This document shows, piece by piece, positions 34,878 through 43,900 of a DNA stretch of 49,955 bases (positions within the stretch are counted from its first letter, which is position 1; each line of letters starts with the position of its first letter). The notes beneath the pieces were generated by a model that did no database searches, was not told the origin of the DNA, and saw nothing but the letters and a program-made list of their open reading frames with translations. Source of the stretch: a virus; IMG/VR virus record IMGVR_UViG_3300045988_130579. One strand, given 5' to 3'. The translations under genes were made by a program, and so were the position numbers.

Positions 34878-35747
34878 GTGATTGTCTTGACTGATGAAAT
34901 CAAGTTCCCGCTGTTGAAAGCCAGCGATATAGATGTACGTATCGACGACTTGCGGGAGATGAACTATAACAACAGCTCATACGTCAAATGTCGGCTGCTG
35001 CTTTATAAAAACGCCCGTGTTGATATGAAGTACCTTGACGCAATGTTTGGGCCGATGAACTGGCAGCGCAAACACACGCTGATAAACAACGAGCTTTTCT
35101 GTTCGATTGAGGTATGGGACCACGACAAAAAATGTTGGGTCTGCAAGGAAGATGTAGGCGTAGCGTCCAACTATCAGGCAGAAAAAGGCCGTGCGTCTGA
35201 CTGCTTCAAGAGGGCCGCTGTAAATTGGGGTTCTGGTCGAGAACTTTATACAGCGCCGAATATCACATTTAACTTGGCCCAGAACGAAGCGTCTATAGAC
35301 GGTAAAAAAATTAAGGTCGCGTTTGGGGTAAGCTTCCACGTTGGGCATATCGCCTATAACGAAGATAGAGAGATTACAGAACTTGTTATTCTGGACGCCC
35401 ACGGCTACGGCCGTTTCTTCTATCCGGCCAGTTTAAAAGCGTCTTATCTAGAGCAGCACCCGGAAGCGGCACAAGCACCTGTACAATATACTCAAAAACC
35501 TGTACAGAACGCACAGGCTGCCCCTAGAAGCGTCCAACCGTCCCCGCAAGGGCAATCACAAGCGCGGAACGTTTCGCAACCTTCTGGCGGCAATTCTGGC
35601 GCTGTAAATGTCAGAAGCGCGCCTAGTCCGTATATGTGCCTAAGTTGTGGCGTTGAGATATCGCAAACTGTGCGCAGGATATCAGTAGAAAAGACAGGCA
35701 AGGCGCTTTGCATGTCTTGCCGGAATAAAGCATTATCGAATAAATAA
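34878..35747 (+). CDS. Rad52/Sak-like single-strand annealing protein with a C-terminal zinc ribbon
   Basis: KYLDAMFGPMNWQRKHTLIN resembles the Rad52-family LxxxFGxxGWS core. Gln/Pro-rich linker, then CLSCG...CMSC. Confidence 0.5.
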   Translation: MIVLTDEIKFPLLKASDIDVRIDDLREMNYNNSSYVKCRLLLYKNARVDMKYLDAMFGPMNWQRKHTLINNELFCSIEVWDHDKKCWVCKEDVGVASNYQAEKGRASDCFKRAAVNWGSGRELYTAPNITFNLAQNEASIDGKKIKVAFGVSFHVGHIAYNEDREITELVILDAHGYGRFFYPASLKASYLEQHPEAAQAPVQYTQKPVQNAQAAPRSVQPSPQGQSQARNVSQPSGGNSGAVNVRSAPSPYMCLSCGVEISQTVRRISVEKTGKALCMSCRNKALSNK

Positions 35748-35759
35748 GGAGTGATTTAA

Positions 35760-35966
35760 GTGTTTATAGCAGGTTGTGTCTGTGAAAACTGCGGTAAATT
35801 ATTAAAAACGAAATTTACTACCATGGGAAAACTGATAACCTTTGCCCGTGATTCTGGCTGGTCGGTTTCTAATCACCGCCAAGGACCGGACGGGAAGCGA
35901 ATGTATACATACTGTGATGACTGCCGCCAACCGGGTATAGGTCGGCCGCTGGCCCGGAAGAAATAA
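35760..35966 (+). CDS. zinc-ribbon protein (68 aa)
   Basis: GTG start with an AAGGAG RBS. Contains CENCG...CDDC. Confidence 0.5.
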   Translation: MFIAGCVCENCGKLLKTKFTTMGKLITFARDSGWSVSNHRQGPDGKRMYTYCDDCRQPGIGRPLARKK

Positions 35967-35967
35967 T

Positions 35968-35998
35968 AAAACGCCTCGAATTCGAGGCGTTTTATTTA
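35968..35998. terminator. bidirectional intrinsic terminator (AAAACGCCTCGAA/TTCGAGGCGTTTT)
   Basis: 13-bp perfect stem with A- and T-runs. Confidence 0.85.
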
Positions 35999-36018
35999 TG
36001 TCATTTTCACTTATCAAT

Positions 36019-36309
36019 CTACTTTACATTAATTCGGTTACGCAGAAAGGATAGCACGTTTTCCTGTAACCAGTAGTACCGTGTACCCCTGCTGCTATAT
36101 AGTACCTTGTGCGGCACATCTTCCCGAAGGTCTTTTTGTAGCTTCTTATAGCGCTTTCTAAAGCGATTCACGGTTATATCAGGCTCGAACGTATTAAGAA
36201 AGTGCCTAATCAATCGCCCAGCCTGTACGCCAGATATAAAGTCCATTTTTTGAAGCTCTTTCCGGCGTTGTATCTGTTCTTTATAATCATAGTTACGCAA
36301 GCTTACCAC
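36019..36309 (-). CDS. basic hypothetical protein (96 aa)
   Basis: ORF track. Confidence 0.5.
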   Translation of the reverse strand: MVSLRNYDYKEQIQRRKELQKMDFISGVQAGRLIRHFLNTFEPDITVNRFRKRYKKLQKDLREDVPHKVLYSSRGTRYYWLQENVLSFLRNRINVK

Positions 36310-36533
36310 TCTCCCCAGATAGATTCTATCCGCTTATTCTCCCGGTTCTGATAGTCTAAGTATTCTTCCAGCAGGTCCCTGTCGCTACAGGCTTTCATCT
36401 CTGCGCGCAGCTTTTTCATTGCGCTTTGACCGGGGGGGCTTTCAACGCCATAGACGCGCGTCACGGATTGCGCTAGCAAATAGGCGTCGTAGGTTTTTTC
36501 AAATAACTTTGCTTTGCTTTCTGCGGTAATCAT
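36303..36533 (-). CDS. hypothetical protein (76 aa) with an internal C7 tract
   Basis: ORF track. Confidence 0.5.
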   Translation of the reverse strand: MITAESKAKLFEKTYDAYLLAQSVTRVYGVESPPGQSAMKKLRAEMKACSDRDLLEEYLDYQNRENKRIESIWGEW

Positions 36534-36545
36534 GGCGCTACTCTC

Positions 36546-36764
36546 CTATTGGTTTTCAAAGTATCCCGGCTTATACTCCCGTTGCAGCCAGTGATAAAAC
36601 GACAGCTCGCATGTATGAAATGCCTCGTTGTTGGGGTTTACCATACGCTCGTTACAAACGTCGCGTATAGGACATTCAAAACAATCCTCTATGGCTACTA
36701 GGTTTGATAAAAATGTCCCCAATTCTTCCGGGGGCATTGTACGTATTTTGTCCAAGTTAGTCAT
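36546..36764 (-). CDS. Cys-rich hypothetical protein (start at the internal ATG)
   Basis: The upstream extension overlaps the neighbouring gene. Confidence 0.45.
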   Translation of the reverse strand: MTNLDKIRTMPPEELGTFLSNLVAIEDCFECPIRDVCNERMVNPNNEAFHTCELSFYHWLQREYKPGYFENQ

Positions 36765-36765
36765 A

Positions 36766-37077
36766 CTACTTACCGTCCTTCCCTGCGCACTCTTTGCACA
36801 GCGCCCCTCTGGTATCAATTAGTACAACGGTATCTATATCAACCATTTTTCCACATTTATAGCATGATACGCTCCATCCGTGCGCTAAAAGTGCTTCATC
36901 GGGCACTTTCCCGTTTTCCCAATATTTATCAGCCCACGGCAGCCGCTCAACTTTGACGTCTATAAAGCGTTCGCCCATTATGTCTGCAAACGCTGCTTTA
37001 GCTTGTCCGGCCGTGTTTGCAAATGTAATTCCAGATTCCGCGTCGTCTCCTATGTATGCGTAAGCCTTTAGTTTCAC
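36766..37077 (-). CDS. zinc-ribbon protein (103 aa)
   Basis: ORF track. CYKCG...CKEC. Confidence 0.5.
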   Translation of the reverse strand: MKLKAYAYIGDDAESGITFANTAGQAKAAFADIMGERFIDVKVERLPWADKYWENGKVPDEALLAHGWSVSCYKCGKMVDIDTVVLIDTRGALCKECAGKDGK

Positions 37078-37097
37078 TTCTACACCCCCTACTTTTA

Positions 37098-37241
37098 TTC
37101 GCCACTCAATCTAATCTGATTCCAGAGTTCGTTATATTCTACATCAGTCACTACAAAACCAATGGTATAGTTAGATACCACAAGTTCAGCGTCATCAGGC
37201 AAGTTTTCAATCATTTCAATAAAATCTTGTTTAGTCATTTT
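37098..37241 (-). CDS. 47-aa acidic peptide
   Basis: AAGGGG RBS, ATGA overlap with the upstream gene. Confidence 0.35.
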
Positions 37242-37555
37242 AGTTTCCCCTTTTTCAGCCGTTGACCGCAAAATTCACAGTAGAAAGTATTGTCATAAAA
37301 ATAGCTGATATCATCATCCCCGATAATCGTTCTGCAATGCGGGCATACAATTTCACCGTCCAACGACCTTTCAAAAGTCATTGGAACGTTTAATACTCTG
37401 CTGACTGTTCCTGCGCATCTGTCGCAGAAAGCAATGGTATTTGCACCATTGCTACCGTCGGCAGCCACTCGAAGCGTTTTTACATTCTCCCTCGAATGGC
37501 AAATATAACATTCTTCATTATGTTTAACTTTTACGTACTCAATCAATATAAACAC
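37235..37555 (-). CDS. multi-CxxC zinc-ribbon protein (106 aa)
   Basis: ORF track. Confidence 0.5.
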   Translation of the reverse strand: MFILIEYVKVKHNEECYICHSRENVKTLRVAADGSNGANTIAFCDRCAGTVSRVLNVPMTFERSLDGEIVCPHCRTIIGDDDISYFYDNTFYCEFCGQRLKKGKLK

Positions 37556-38019
37556 ATCCTATCCTCTACTGTGTACCACTTCATACAGCCGATATACATT
37601 AATTCCAACAGTTTAGTTTCTTTTATGGGCTCGACGCTGCGCCTAATGGTAGCCTTACGACGTATCTTCACGCAGCGTCCCCTAAAGTTTCTGACTGTCA
37701 TTATTCCGGCGTCGCTTTCCATGATTAGCCGCTCTATTTCTTCGCCGTTTTCTCTGTATAAATCATCGGGAAAAAGATAGTAAAACTGCCGAACGATATC
37801 GCTGTTATGATAAATTTTCTTTTTAAAATCAGCCCTAAAATCTGAAATGCTGATTTTAATTTCAACTTCTGACACATAACGACGTTTGTTAATGTAAATC
37901 AAATCAGCTTCATAGTTGCCGCCTTCAGAACCCTTCATTGTGATGTTAGGCAAAACTAAATTGTTATTTAACAATCCGTATTGATAGGCGAAAAGCTTTT
38001 GTATTTCTGTTTCAGTCAT
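37543..38019 (-). CDS. hypothetical protein (158 aa)
   Basis: ORF track. Confidence 0.5.
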   Translation of the reverse strand: MTETEIQKLFAYQYGLLNNNLVLPNITMKGSEGGNYEADLIYINKRRYVSEVEIKISISDFRADFKKKIYHNSDIVRQFYYLFPDDLYRENGEEIERLIMESDAGIMTVRNFRGRCVKIRRKATIRRSVEPIKETKLLELMYIGCMKWYTVEDRMCLY

Positions 38020-38021
38020 AT

Positions 38022-38477
38022 TTACCTCACCCCGGTGCTTCCGAAGCCATTCGCTCCCCGTTCGGTTTCTGAAAGCTCGTCCACTTCTACAAGCTCGGCT
38101 TCTTCTTGCTTACGCAGTATCATCTGTGCGATACGGTCGCCTGCTTTGATTTTTTGAGGTATGGTTGTACAATCTAACATACCCGACGAAGGCATTAGCC
38201 TGCTTTCATACATTGCCTTTACTTCGTTTCTATAGCCGTTGTCTATGATTCCAATACTGTTCGGCTGTCGTAATTGAGTTTTTAGGCCAATACTGCTTCT
38301 CGGTACAATTTCCACATAATAACCTTCTGGTGGCTCTATCATAAAGCCTAAGCCAATTAATACAGGCTCTGCGCCTACGGTAACATCTTCTCTTGCGTAG
38401 CAGTCCCACGCAGCATCTGTTCTATGTGCTTTAGTTGGCATTTTTCCGCCCGGTAGTAGTTTAATTTTGATTTCCAT
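38022..38477 (-). CDS. dut: dUTP diphosphatase
   Basis: Motifs RSSIGLK, GIIDNGYRNE, GDRIAQMIL and RGANGFGSTG. Confidence 0.9.
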   Translation of the reverse strand: MEIKIKLLPGGKMPTKAHRTDAAWDCYAREDVTVGAEPVLIGLGFMIEPPEGYYVEIVPRSSIGLKTQLRQPNSIGIIDNGYRNEVKAMYESRLMPSSGMLDCTTIPQKIKAGDRIAQMILRKQEEAELVEVDELSETERGANGFGSTGVR

Positions 38478-38543
38478 TTTTTCATCATCCTTTCATACTG
38501 TTTATCTAGTGTTATTGATTTCAGTTTAAAAGCAATGTAGACC

Positions 38544-38681
38544 CTATCTAACGTCTTCTATCTTGTAACGGTCAGCACAGCCGATTAGTACCCTATTCCC
38601 ATCCATGTTCTCTATAAAAAATTCTTCGTTGACTGATAGCTCGTTGTCGGCCATAAATTGATTGATATACTTACCTAACAT
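38544..38681 (-). CDS. 45-aa hypothetical peptide
   Basis: GAGGTG RBS overlapping the upstream stop. Confidence 0.35.
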   Translation of the reverse strand: MLGKYINQFMADNELSVNEEFFIENMDGNRVLIGCADRYKIEDVR

Positions 38682-38685
38682 CTTT

Positions 38686-38886
38686 TCACCTCATTTTTAC
38701 TTGCTGTTTTAAAGCTGAATACTTCTTGTTGAGCTTGGCCAGTCGATACCGTTCAGCGTTCAAGTTCTGACAGATGTTTTTGACCAGTTCGGCCGGGAGC
38801 TCAATTTGTGCGTTCTCCCCGAAGTTTCTAACTGCTGTCTTGGCCCGGTTTATAACGTCCTGAATTATATCGCTTTTTACCTGCAC
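38686..38886 (-). CDS. hypothetical protein (66 aa), the first gene after P4
   Basis: GTG start with a GAAAGGAG RBS. Confidence 0.5.
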   Translation of the reverse strand: MQVKSDIIQDVINRAKTAVRNFGENAQIELPAELVKNICQNLNAERYRLAKLNKKYSALKQQVKMR

Positions 38887-38915
38887 GCAATCACTCCTTT
38901 CTATTCTATGCCTAT

Positions 38916-38944
38916 ATTATATACCCCCCTGTGCGCGATGTCAA
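38916..38944 (-). promoter_or_regulatory. consensus sigma70 promoter P4 (TTGACA-17-TATAAT)
   Basis: Near-identical to P3. Confidence 0.8.
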
Positions 38945-38966
38945 CACTTTTATTTCAAGCAGACGC

Positions 38967-38995
38967 AAAAAAGGCCCCGAAATTCGGGGCCTTTT
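38967..38995. terminator. intrinsic terminator (GGCCCCGAA/TTCGGGGCC with flanking A- and T-runs)
   Basis: Read directly from the sequence. It ends the fibre operon. Confidence 0.85.
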
Positions 38996-38997
38996 CG

Positions 38998-39540
38998 TTA
39001 TTTACTTTCTGGCCAGATGTTTGGCCAGACGATAGCTATAACGTCCTTTACCGTTTCGGCCGCTTCCACCTTGTTACGCAGCGCATAGAAGGTGTTATAC
39101 GCTTCCGTCTGCTCGTTGCTGCTAATAAGCAGTACGCTTTCAAAGTCGGACTTCGACAACATCACCCATACACTGTTACCTTCTTCATCCTTGACCCCAA
39201 AGCCCTGTTCTCCCTTGATTTGAGCAACGCTATAGGCCGAATTGAATTTATTGATATCCGCGGCCGTTCGGTCGAAGTAAAATGTTCTGTCGCCCTGCTT
39301 GTACCTCGTTGGCTTATCGCGCAGGAGCTCATAAATCCCGTACAGTTCGTTAAGCTTGATGTTCTTTGCTTCTGCCAGCGACACCATTACTTCCTCGCGG
39401 GATACACCCAGCGCGGCAAGCTGTTCATCCGTTGGGTTATTCGGGATAGAGGTATTCATCAAGTCCGGCAAACGGCGTATCTCGGTAATAGTGTTATACT
39501 GCTCTCCCTTATAAACGTATACTGTTCTTGTGTACTTCAT
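38998..39540 (-). CDS. putative tail fibre assembly / chaperone protein (180 aa)
   Basis: Lies immediately downstream of the tail fibre gene. Confidence 0.4.
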   Translation of the reverse strand: MKYTRTVYVYKGEQYNTITEIRRLPDLMNTSIPNNPTDEQLAALGVSREEVMVSLAEAKNIKLNELYGIYELLRDKPTRYKQGDRTFYFDRTAADINKFNSAYSVAQIKGEQGFGVKDEEGNSVWVMLSKSDFESVLLISSNEQTEAYNTFYALRNKVEAAETVKDVIAIVWPNIWPESK

Positions 39541-39555
39541 ATTCTCACCTTCCTT

Positions 39556-42513
39556 TTAGCCGCTATACGGCAACGCTACCACGTCACAGACTTGGATACT
39601 AAAGCTATCTGTATCGTCAACGATAGCGACTACATTGATGATATTGCTGGCATTTGCTGTTAGCGACGGAGCTACGCCCTTCGGGTAGTAAACCGCTGCA
39701 CCGCTTGGGAACTGCCATGTAACAGTTGGTGCAGTTGCGCCAGTTGCAAACCAGAAAGTTAAAGTTTTACACATGTATGGCGTGCTGCCTACAGTGGCGT
39801 GGAAGCTCATGTTTGAGAAATTCATAGTAAGACTTGCAGCGTCATTTATGGATGTATTTATCAGATAGACGTTTGCTGCTGCTTGGTAACTTATGGTATT
39901 CCCGGTATTCGGAGTTGAGTAGTAAGTATTCTCGGCCGTACCGCAGAAGTACAGGCAGTTTTCTGTGTTGTCTGCACTGATAACGCCGTTACCAACGCCC
40001 CCTTGACTGCCCACATATAACCGCCGCGCAACTCTTACGTCAGTGGCGTCAGCAGGGCACTGCAAAGCCCAGCCGCTAGTGCCTGACCCTAATTCTAGGC
40101 CGATACTAGAATTTCCCGTGCGCAGGTGCATTGCTGTTCCGTTACAGTCCAGTATGTTCTGACTAGCATTTTTTATCGCGAAATTTCTGCTGATTTCACT
40201 GGAATTAATCATTACTTCACTTGCTTCAAAAGCTGCTTTATGGCTGTTACCGTTAAATTGGGCAGCAATCATATTCCCGTCCAAAATTTGCAATGGATAA
40301 TCGCCAATAGTAGCCTTTCTAATACCTACTGATTCTAGCAGAGTGGCGCTTCCTATCTGTAGTATGTTTGGGTAGATAGTGGCTTGATTCGATGAAAACT
40401 CGGCAAGGTCTACCTCGTCCTGTTCTTCGCGAGTTTGAAGTACTACATTTTCCCCGGTTCCCGCCGTCAAATTAAGCTGGCCAGTAGATACAGCTGTTAG
40501 ACTTGCACCCTGCACGTTACTACCACTAATATAGCCTAAATTGATAGCCCCCGACGCTGAACTGCCTGCGCCACTTGCTACAGCTATGTAGCTTTTAAAG
40601 TGGGTAGAGTTGTTGAACGTGTTTACGCCAGTGAAGTTGTTATTCCCCGCCGCCGTAACGTCGCCGCCACCAGCCCCGGCCACGCTGTCATCAACATACT
40701 TTTTGGTGACTGCCTGCGTGTCGGTAGTAGGAGCGGTAGACGGTAAGTAAATCGGTCCTGTTACCGTGCCACCTGTCAGGGGCAAGAATTCACCTTGGCC
40801 AGCTTCTATGGTGATATTCTGCGTCCCGTCGAACGGTACGCCGTTAATAGTGCGGGCAGTGGCAAGTTTGGTCGCTGTGTTTGCGTTGCCCAGCCAGTTT
40901 GCGACGCCGACATTTGTTATTCGCGCAAATTCAAAGGCATTATGCGAAAGGATTGCTGTTTCACTTTCGTTAGTAGTTATGGATGTAGACGCAGTATTAT
41001 TGCCAATTTTGAAGTAATGTCCAGTGCTTTCTGTAGCAATATAGTTTAATGCCCCTGTGGTAGAAGCTATGATATTCGCTTGTACTGTTGCTGTACTGGG
41101 TTTTACGCCAAAAATAACCTGTCCTTGACTGCCTGCCGCTGTGCCGTTTGATACAGCAATGTTTGCTCTGAAAGCATTTAAGGCAGTAAATGTATTAGCT
41201 GAATTTAATTGAGCATAGCCGCTTAAATCGGTATCACCTGCCAAGATATCCCACTTTTCGCCGTCCCATGCCACGTTGTCCCCGGCTTCAATGTTGTGGT
41301 CGGGGTCTGCCTGTTTGACGTTGTAAACGTCGCCTACTTGCTGGCCGCTGGTCGGCAGGTTGGCGTATGTTTCAACGGACCCCTTATATTTATAAACTGT
41401 CGCTAGTCCCAGCTGTGCGGCAGTTACTTTATGGGGGTTATCGTAGTCGGCCTTGTGCGCGTCCAGCGCATTAGTTACAGCCGTAATATCGCCCTCGGCG
41501 TTGCCAAGGCTTCCTTGCAGTTCTGTGATATCGCCTTCAATGCTGGTTATGTCACTCTTGATAGTGGTGATTTCTCCGTTGATGGATGTGATACTGTTAT
41601 TAATCGTTTCGACCGCAGAAGTCAATTCGCTGGCCAGCGCATACTTTATCCAACCCGTCCAGCTGCTTACCTCGATAGGGCTACTGTCGGGTACAATGGT
41701 GCCGAAGCGAACATAACATGCGCCGTCAGCCTGTGCGATAAACTTCTGTCGGATATAGGTTTCATTATAATCGTCATCAACATCCAGCCAGCCCGGACCC
41801 GCAACAGGGCCGTTCGTGTTGGCCGTGCCTTGAAGGAATGCCCTTTCCAGCTCTACATGTGTATTGAAGTCGATGTTATCTGTAACGTTTTCATACCAGC
41901 GCAGTGTATCAACTATAGGCTCCAAGACGTCTAATCGCTGGTTAGACTGGTCGGCAGAAGCTTTAGCCTCGTTAGCCGCTGATAGTGCCTGTGAAGCGTT
42001 TTCAATGGCAGTATTAGCTGTAGACTGCGCATTGTCAGCAGACGTTTGAGCGTCGTTCGCTGATTTCTGCGCTGCGTCGGCCGCCTTCTGTGCAGCGTCT
42101 GCGCTGGCCTGTGCGTTGTCCGCTTTGCTTACTGCCGTATTCGCAGTATTAAGCGCAGTATCCGCTGTTTGCTGTGCGTTCTGCGCAGCTGTTATGGCAT
42201 TAGTGGCCATTTCTATAGCTGCCTGCGCTGCGTTGTAAGCCTGCTGCGCAATCTCTCGCGCTTCCCTTGCTATCTCGTCCGACGAATAGGCGATGTTGCC
42301 TATCTCATTTATAGCGTCCTCTGTCTGCTGTTCCATTGACCAGCCGGGCAGTGGTCCTGCTGGCGGAACGTATTGAAATTGATAATAAGCGCGGGCCTGT
42401 ATTTTGTCGGCAATGTCTGCCGCCCGTGCATTGCTGCGCGCTATCATAGCCTTGACAACATTAGAGTAATATTCCATGTGTCTAACATCCTTTCTGATTG
42501 ATTTAGTTTCCAA
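39556..42513 (-). CDS. tail fibre protein (985 aa)
   Basis: Long Ala/Gln/Asn-rich coiled coil, then a beta-rich distal region with an NPHKVTAAQLGL fibre-repeat motif. Confidence 0.75.
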   Translation of the reverse strand: METKSIRKDVRHMEYYSNVVKAMIARSNARAADIADKIQARAYYQFQYVPPAGPLPGWSMEQQTEDAINEIGNIAYSSDEIAREAREIAQQAYNAAQAAIEMATNAITAAQNAQQTADTALNTANTAVSKADNAQASADAAQKAADAAQKSANDAQTSADNAQSTANTAIENASQALSAANEAKASADQSNQRLDVLEPIVDTLRWYENVTDNIDFNTHVELERAFLQGTANTNGPVAGPGWLDVDDDYNETYIRQKFIAQADGACYVRFGTIVPDSSPIEVSSWTGWIKYALASELTSAVETINNSITSINGEITTIKSDITSIEGDITELQGSLGNAEGDITAVTNALDAHKADYDNPHKVTAAQLGLATVYKYKGSVETYANLPTSGQQVGDVYNVKQADPDHNIEAGDNVAWDGEKWDILAGDTDLSGYAQLNSANTFTALNAFRANIAVSNGTAAGSQGQVIFGVKPSTATVQANIIASTTGALNYIATESTGHYFKIGNNTASTSITTNESETAILSHNAFEFARITNVGVANWLGNANTATKLATARTINGVPFDGTQNITIEAGQGEFLPLTGGTVTGPIYLPSTAPTTDTQAVTKKYVDDSVAGAGGGDVTAAGNNNFTGVNTFNNSTHFKSYIAVASGAGSSASGAINLGYISGSNVQGASLTAVSTGQLNLTAGTGENVVLQTREEQDEVDLAEFSSNQATIYPNILQIGSATLLESVGIRKATIGDYPLQILDGNMIAAQFNGNSHKAAFEASEVMINSSEISRNFAIKNASQNILDCNGTAMHLRTGNSSIGLELGSGTSGWALQCPADATDVRVARRLYVGSQGGVGNGVISADNTENCLYFCGTAENTYYSTPNTGNTISYQAAANVYLINTSINDAASLTMNFSNMSFHATVGSTPYMCKTLTFWFATGATAPTVTWQFPSGAAVYYPKGVAPSLTANASNIINVVAIVDDTDSFSIQVCDVVALPYSG

Positions 42514-42784
42514 GCGTTACCTGTAGGGCGCAGCTGCTAAACTTTGTTCCGCCGCTGCTGGTAAGCTCTATCGTGGCACCTTGTTCGATACTATAAGCCC
42601 ACGTATTAGCTGCTGCACTAGATTTTGTGTTTCCCCAATAGTGGCCCTTTGAACCTGCCTTTGTAGTGCTCCATGACATACTAAGAGTACCTATTACATT
42701 TCCGTTAACCTTGACAGTTACAGTGTTTGAACCGCGGTCTGCGAATGCCCGCGCAAAGTTATACAGCGGTTCGTTGACGCTCAT
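42503..42784 (-). CDS. small structural protein (93 aa)
   Basis: ORF track, fibre module. Confidence 0.45.
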   Translation of the reverse strand: MSVNEPLYNFARAFADRGSNTVTVKVNGNVIGTLSMSWSTTKAGSKGHYWGNTKSSAAANTWAYSIEQGATIELTSSGGTKFSSCALQVTLGN

Positions 42785-42799
42785 GTGTATCGCCCCTTT

Positions 42800-43105
42800 T
42801 TATTCAGAAAGTGGCAACCATCTTACATAACTAGCACCGCTAACGCTCCATGACGCCCCTTTAGGGACCGGGAAAGAGATAGAGCAAGGACCTTGGCCGT
42901 ATTTACTACGGCCTACCGTGTACATGACTTGTAGGCCGTTGACGTATCCCGCAACAGTTGTGTTATCATAACTTGTTGAAGTTATAAAGCCATCTGTAGC
43001 GGCCACGCCGCTGCGGCCTACAGTTGAATAAGCTCCCATGCTGACCGGCTTCGGTTTGGGTATCTCCCCTATAGACGTGTCTATAGCGTCCTGCACTTCG
43101 TCCAT
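42800..43105 (-). CDS. small structural protein (101 aa); the ATG lacks an SD
   Basis: ORF track. Confidence 0.4.
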   Translation of the reverse strand: MDEVQDAIDTSIGEIPKPKPVSMGAYSTVGRSGVAATDGFITSTSYDNTTVAGYVNGLQVMYTVGRSKYGQGPCSISFPVPKGASWSVSGASYVRWLPLSE

Positions 43106-43188
43106 CGTCAGCGAACCGATGAATTCGAGCAGGGTTTGCCACGTCGCGCCGTCCGTGCCCCTTTTTAAAATCTAGTGACGCAATCTAA

Positions 43189-43204
43189 TGTTTCACGTGA
43201 AACA
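43189..43204. promoter_or_regulatory. 16-bp palindrome TGTTTCACGTGAAACA (copy 3)
   Basis: Exact match. It lies in a 100-nt intergenic gap within the baseplate/fibre operon. Confidence 0.7.
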
Positions 43205-43205
43205 T

Positions 43206-43889
43206 TCAATCTGATATGGTTTCTTCATCGTCCGGAACGAATATTCCGCCGTCAGGCATAAATACGCCACAGTTAAACGGCTGTAATCCGCTGCCGTCAA
43301 AGCCGAATACGTTCGATGTATCTATCATTACCAAATCCCAGCCGACGCCAGCACCTACGCACAGCGGGCCACCAACCTTGAATATAGCTAGGTCTTCATC
43401 TGACAGATACGACTTGAAAAGAAATCTGACGTGCATTGGGTACGAATTGTAATACATCCCATCTTCGGTTTGCTTTTCGACGAGGATATTTAAAACCGTA
43501 ACACTGTAGTCAGGAAACAGCTGATTTATCATGTAATTCAGTGTGTACAAACTAGCGTCTGTGATGTTCGCCAGTGCTTTATAATAAAGCAGCTTCCTAT
43601 ATCCTTCATCATCAAGTGTTATTTTCGTGCTAGTTGACTGGTCATATATAGTACGGTCCATGCCTATTATAGCGCCCCATATGTCCAGCCCTACGCCCTG
43701 CGCCGTCGCAATGTTAAATACGTTGTCGTAAAAGGTCCAGATATCCGGCGTGGGGTCAATGTTTTCCCGGAAGTCGGCTAGTATCTGGCAAATGGTAGGA
43801 CTTGCAGAATACTGTGAAAGCAGATACGGCTGCTTTTCCTCGCGTATGTTATCGCAGGCCCTTACGTCTTCATTCCCTCGAAAATCCAT
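43206..43889 (-). CDS. baseplate wedge protein (gpI-like, 227 aa)
   Basis: Follows baseplate J. This is the typical order in Mu/P2-like baseplates. Confidence 0.45.
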   Translation of the reverse strand: MDFRGNEDVRACDNIREEKQPYLLSQYSASPTICQILADFRENIDPTPDIWTFYDNVFNIATAQGVGLDIWGAIIGMDRTIYDQSTSTKITLDDEGYRKLLYYKALANITDASLYTLNYMINQLFPDYSVTVLNILVEKQTEDGMYYNSYPMHVRFLFKSYLSDEDLAIFKVGGPLCVGAGVGWDLVMIDTSNVFGFDGSGLQPFNCGVFMPDGGIFVPDDEETISD

Positions 43890-43900
43890 GTTCTGACCCC

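Noticed and set aside
38806-39663. 285-aa plus-strand ORF
   Set aside because: It is antisense to the tail fibre chaperone gene, spans the terminator and promoter P4, and has no RBS.
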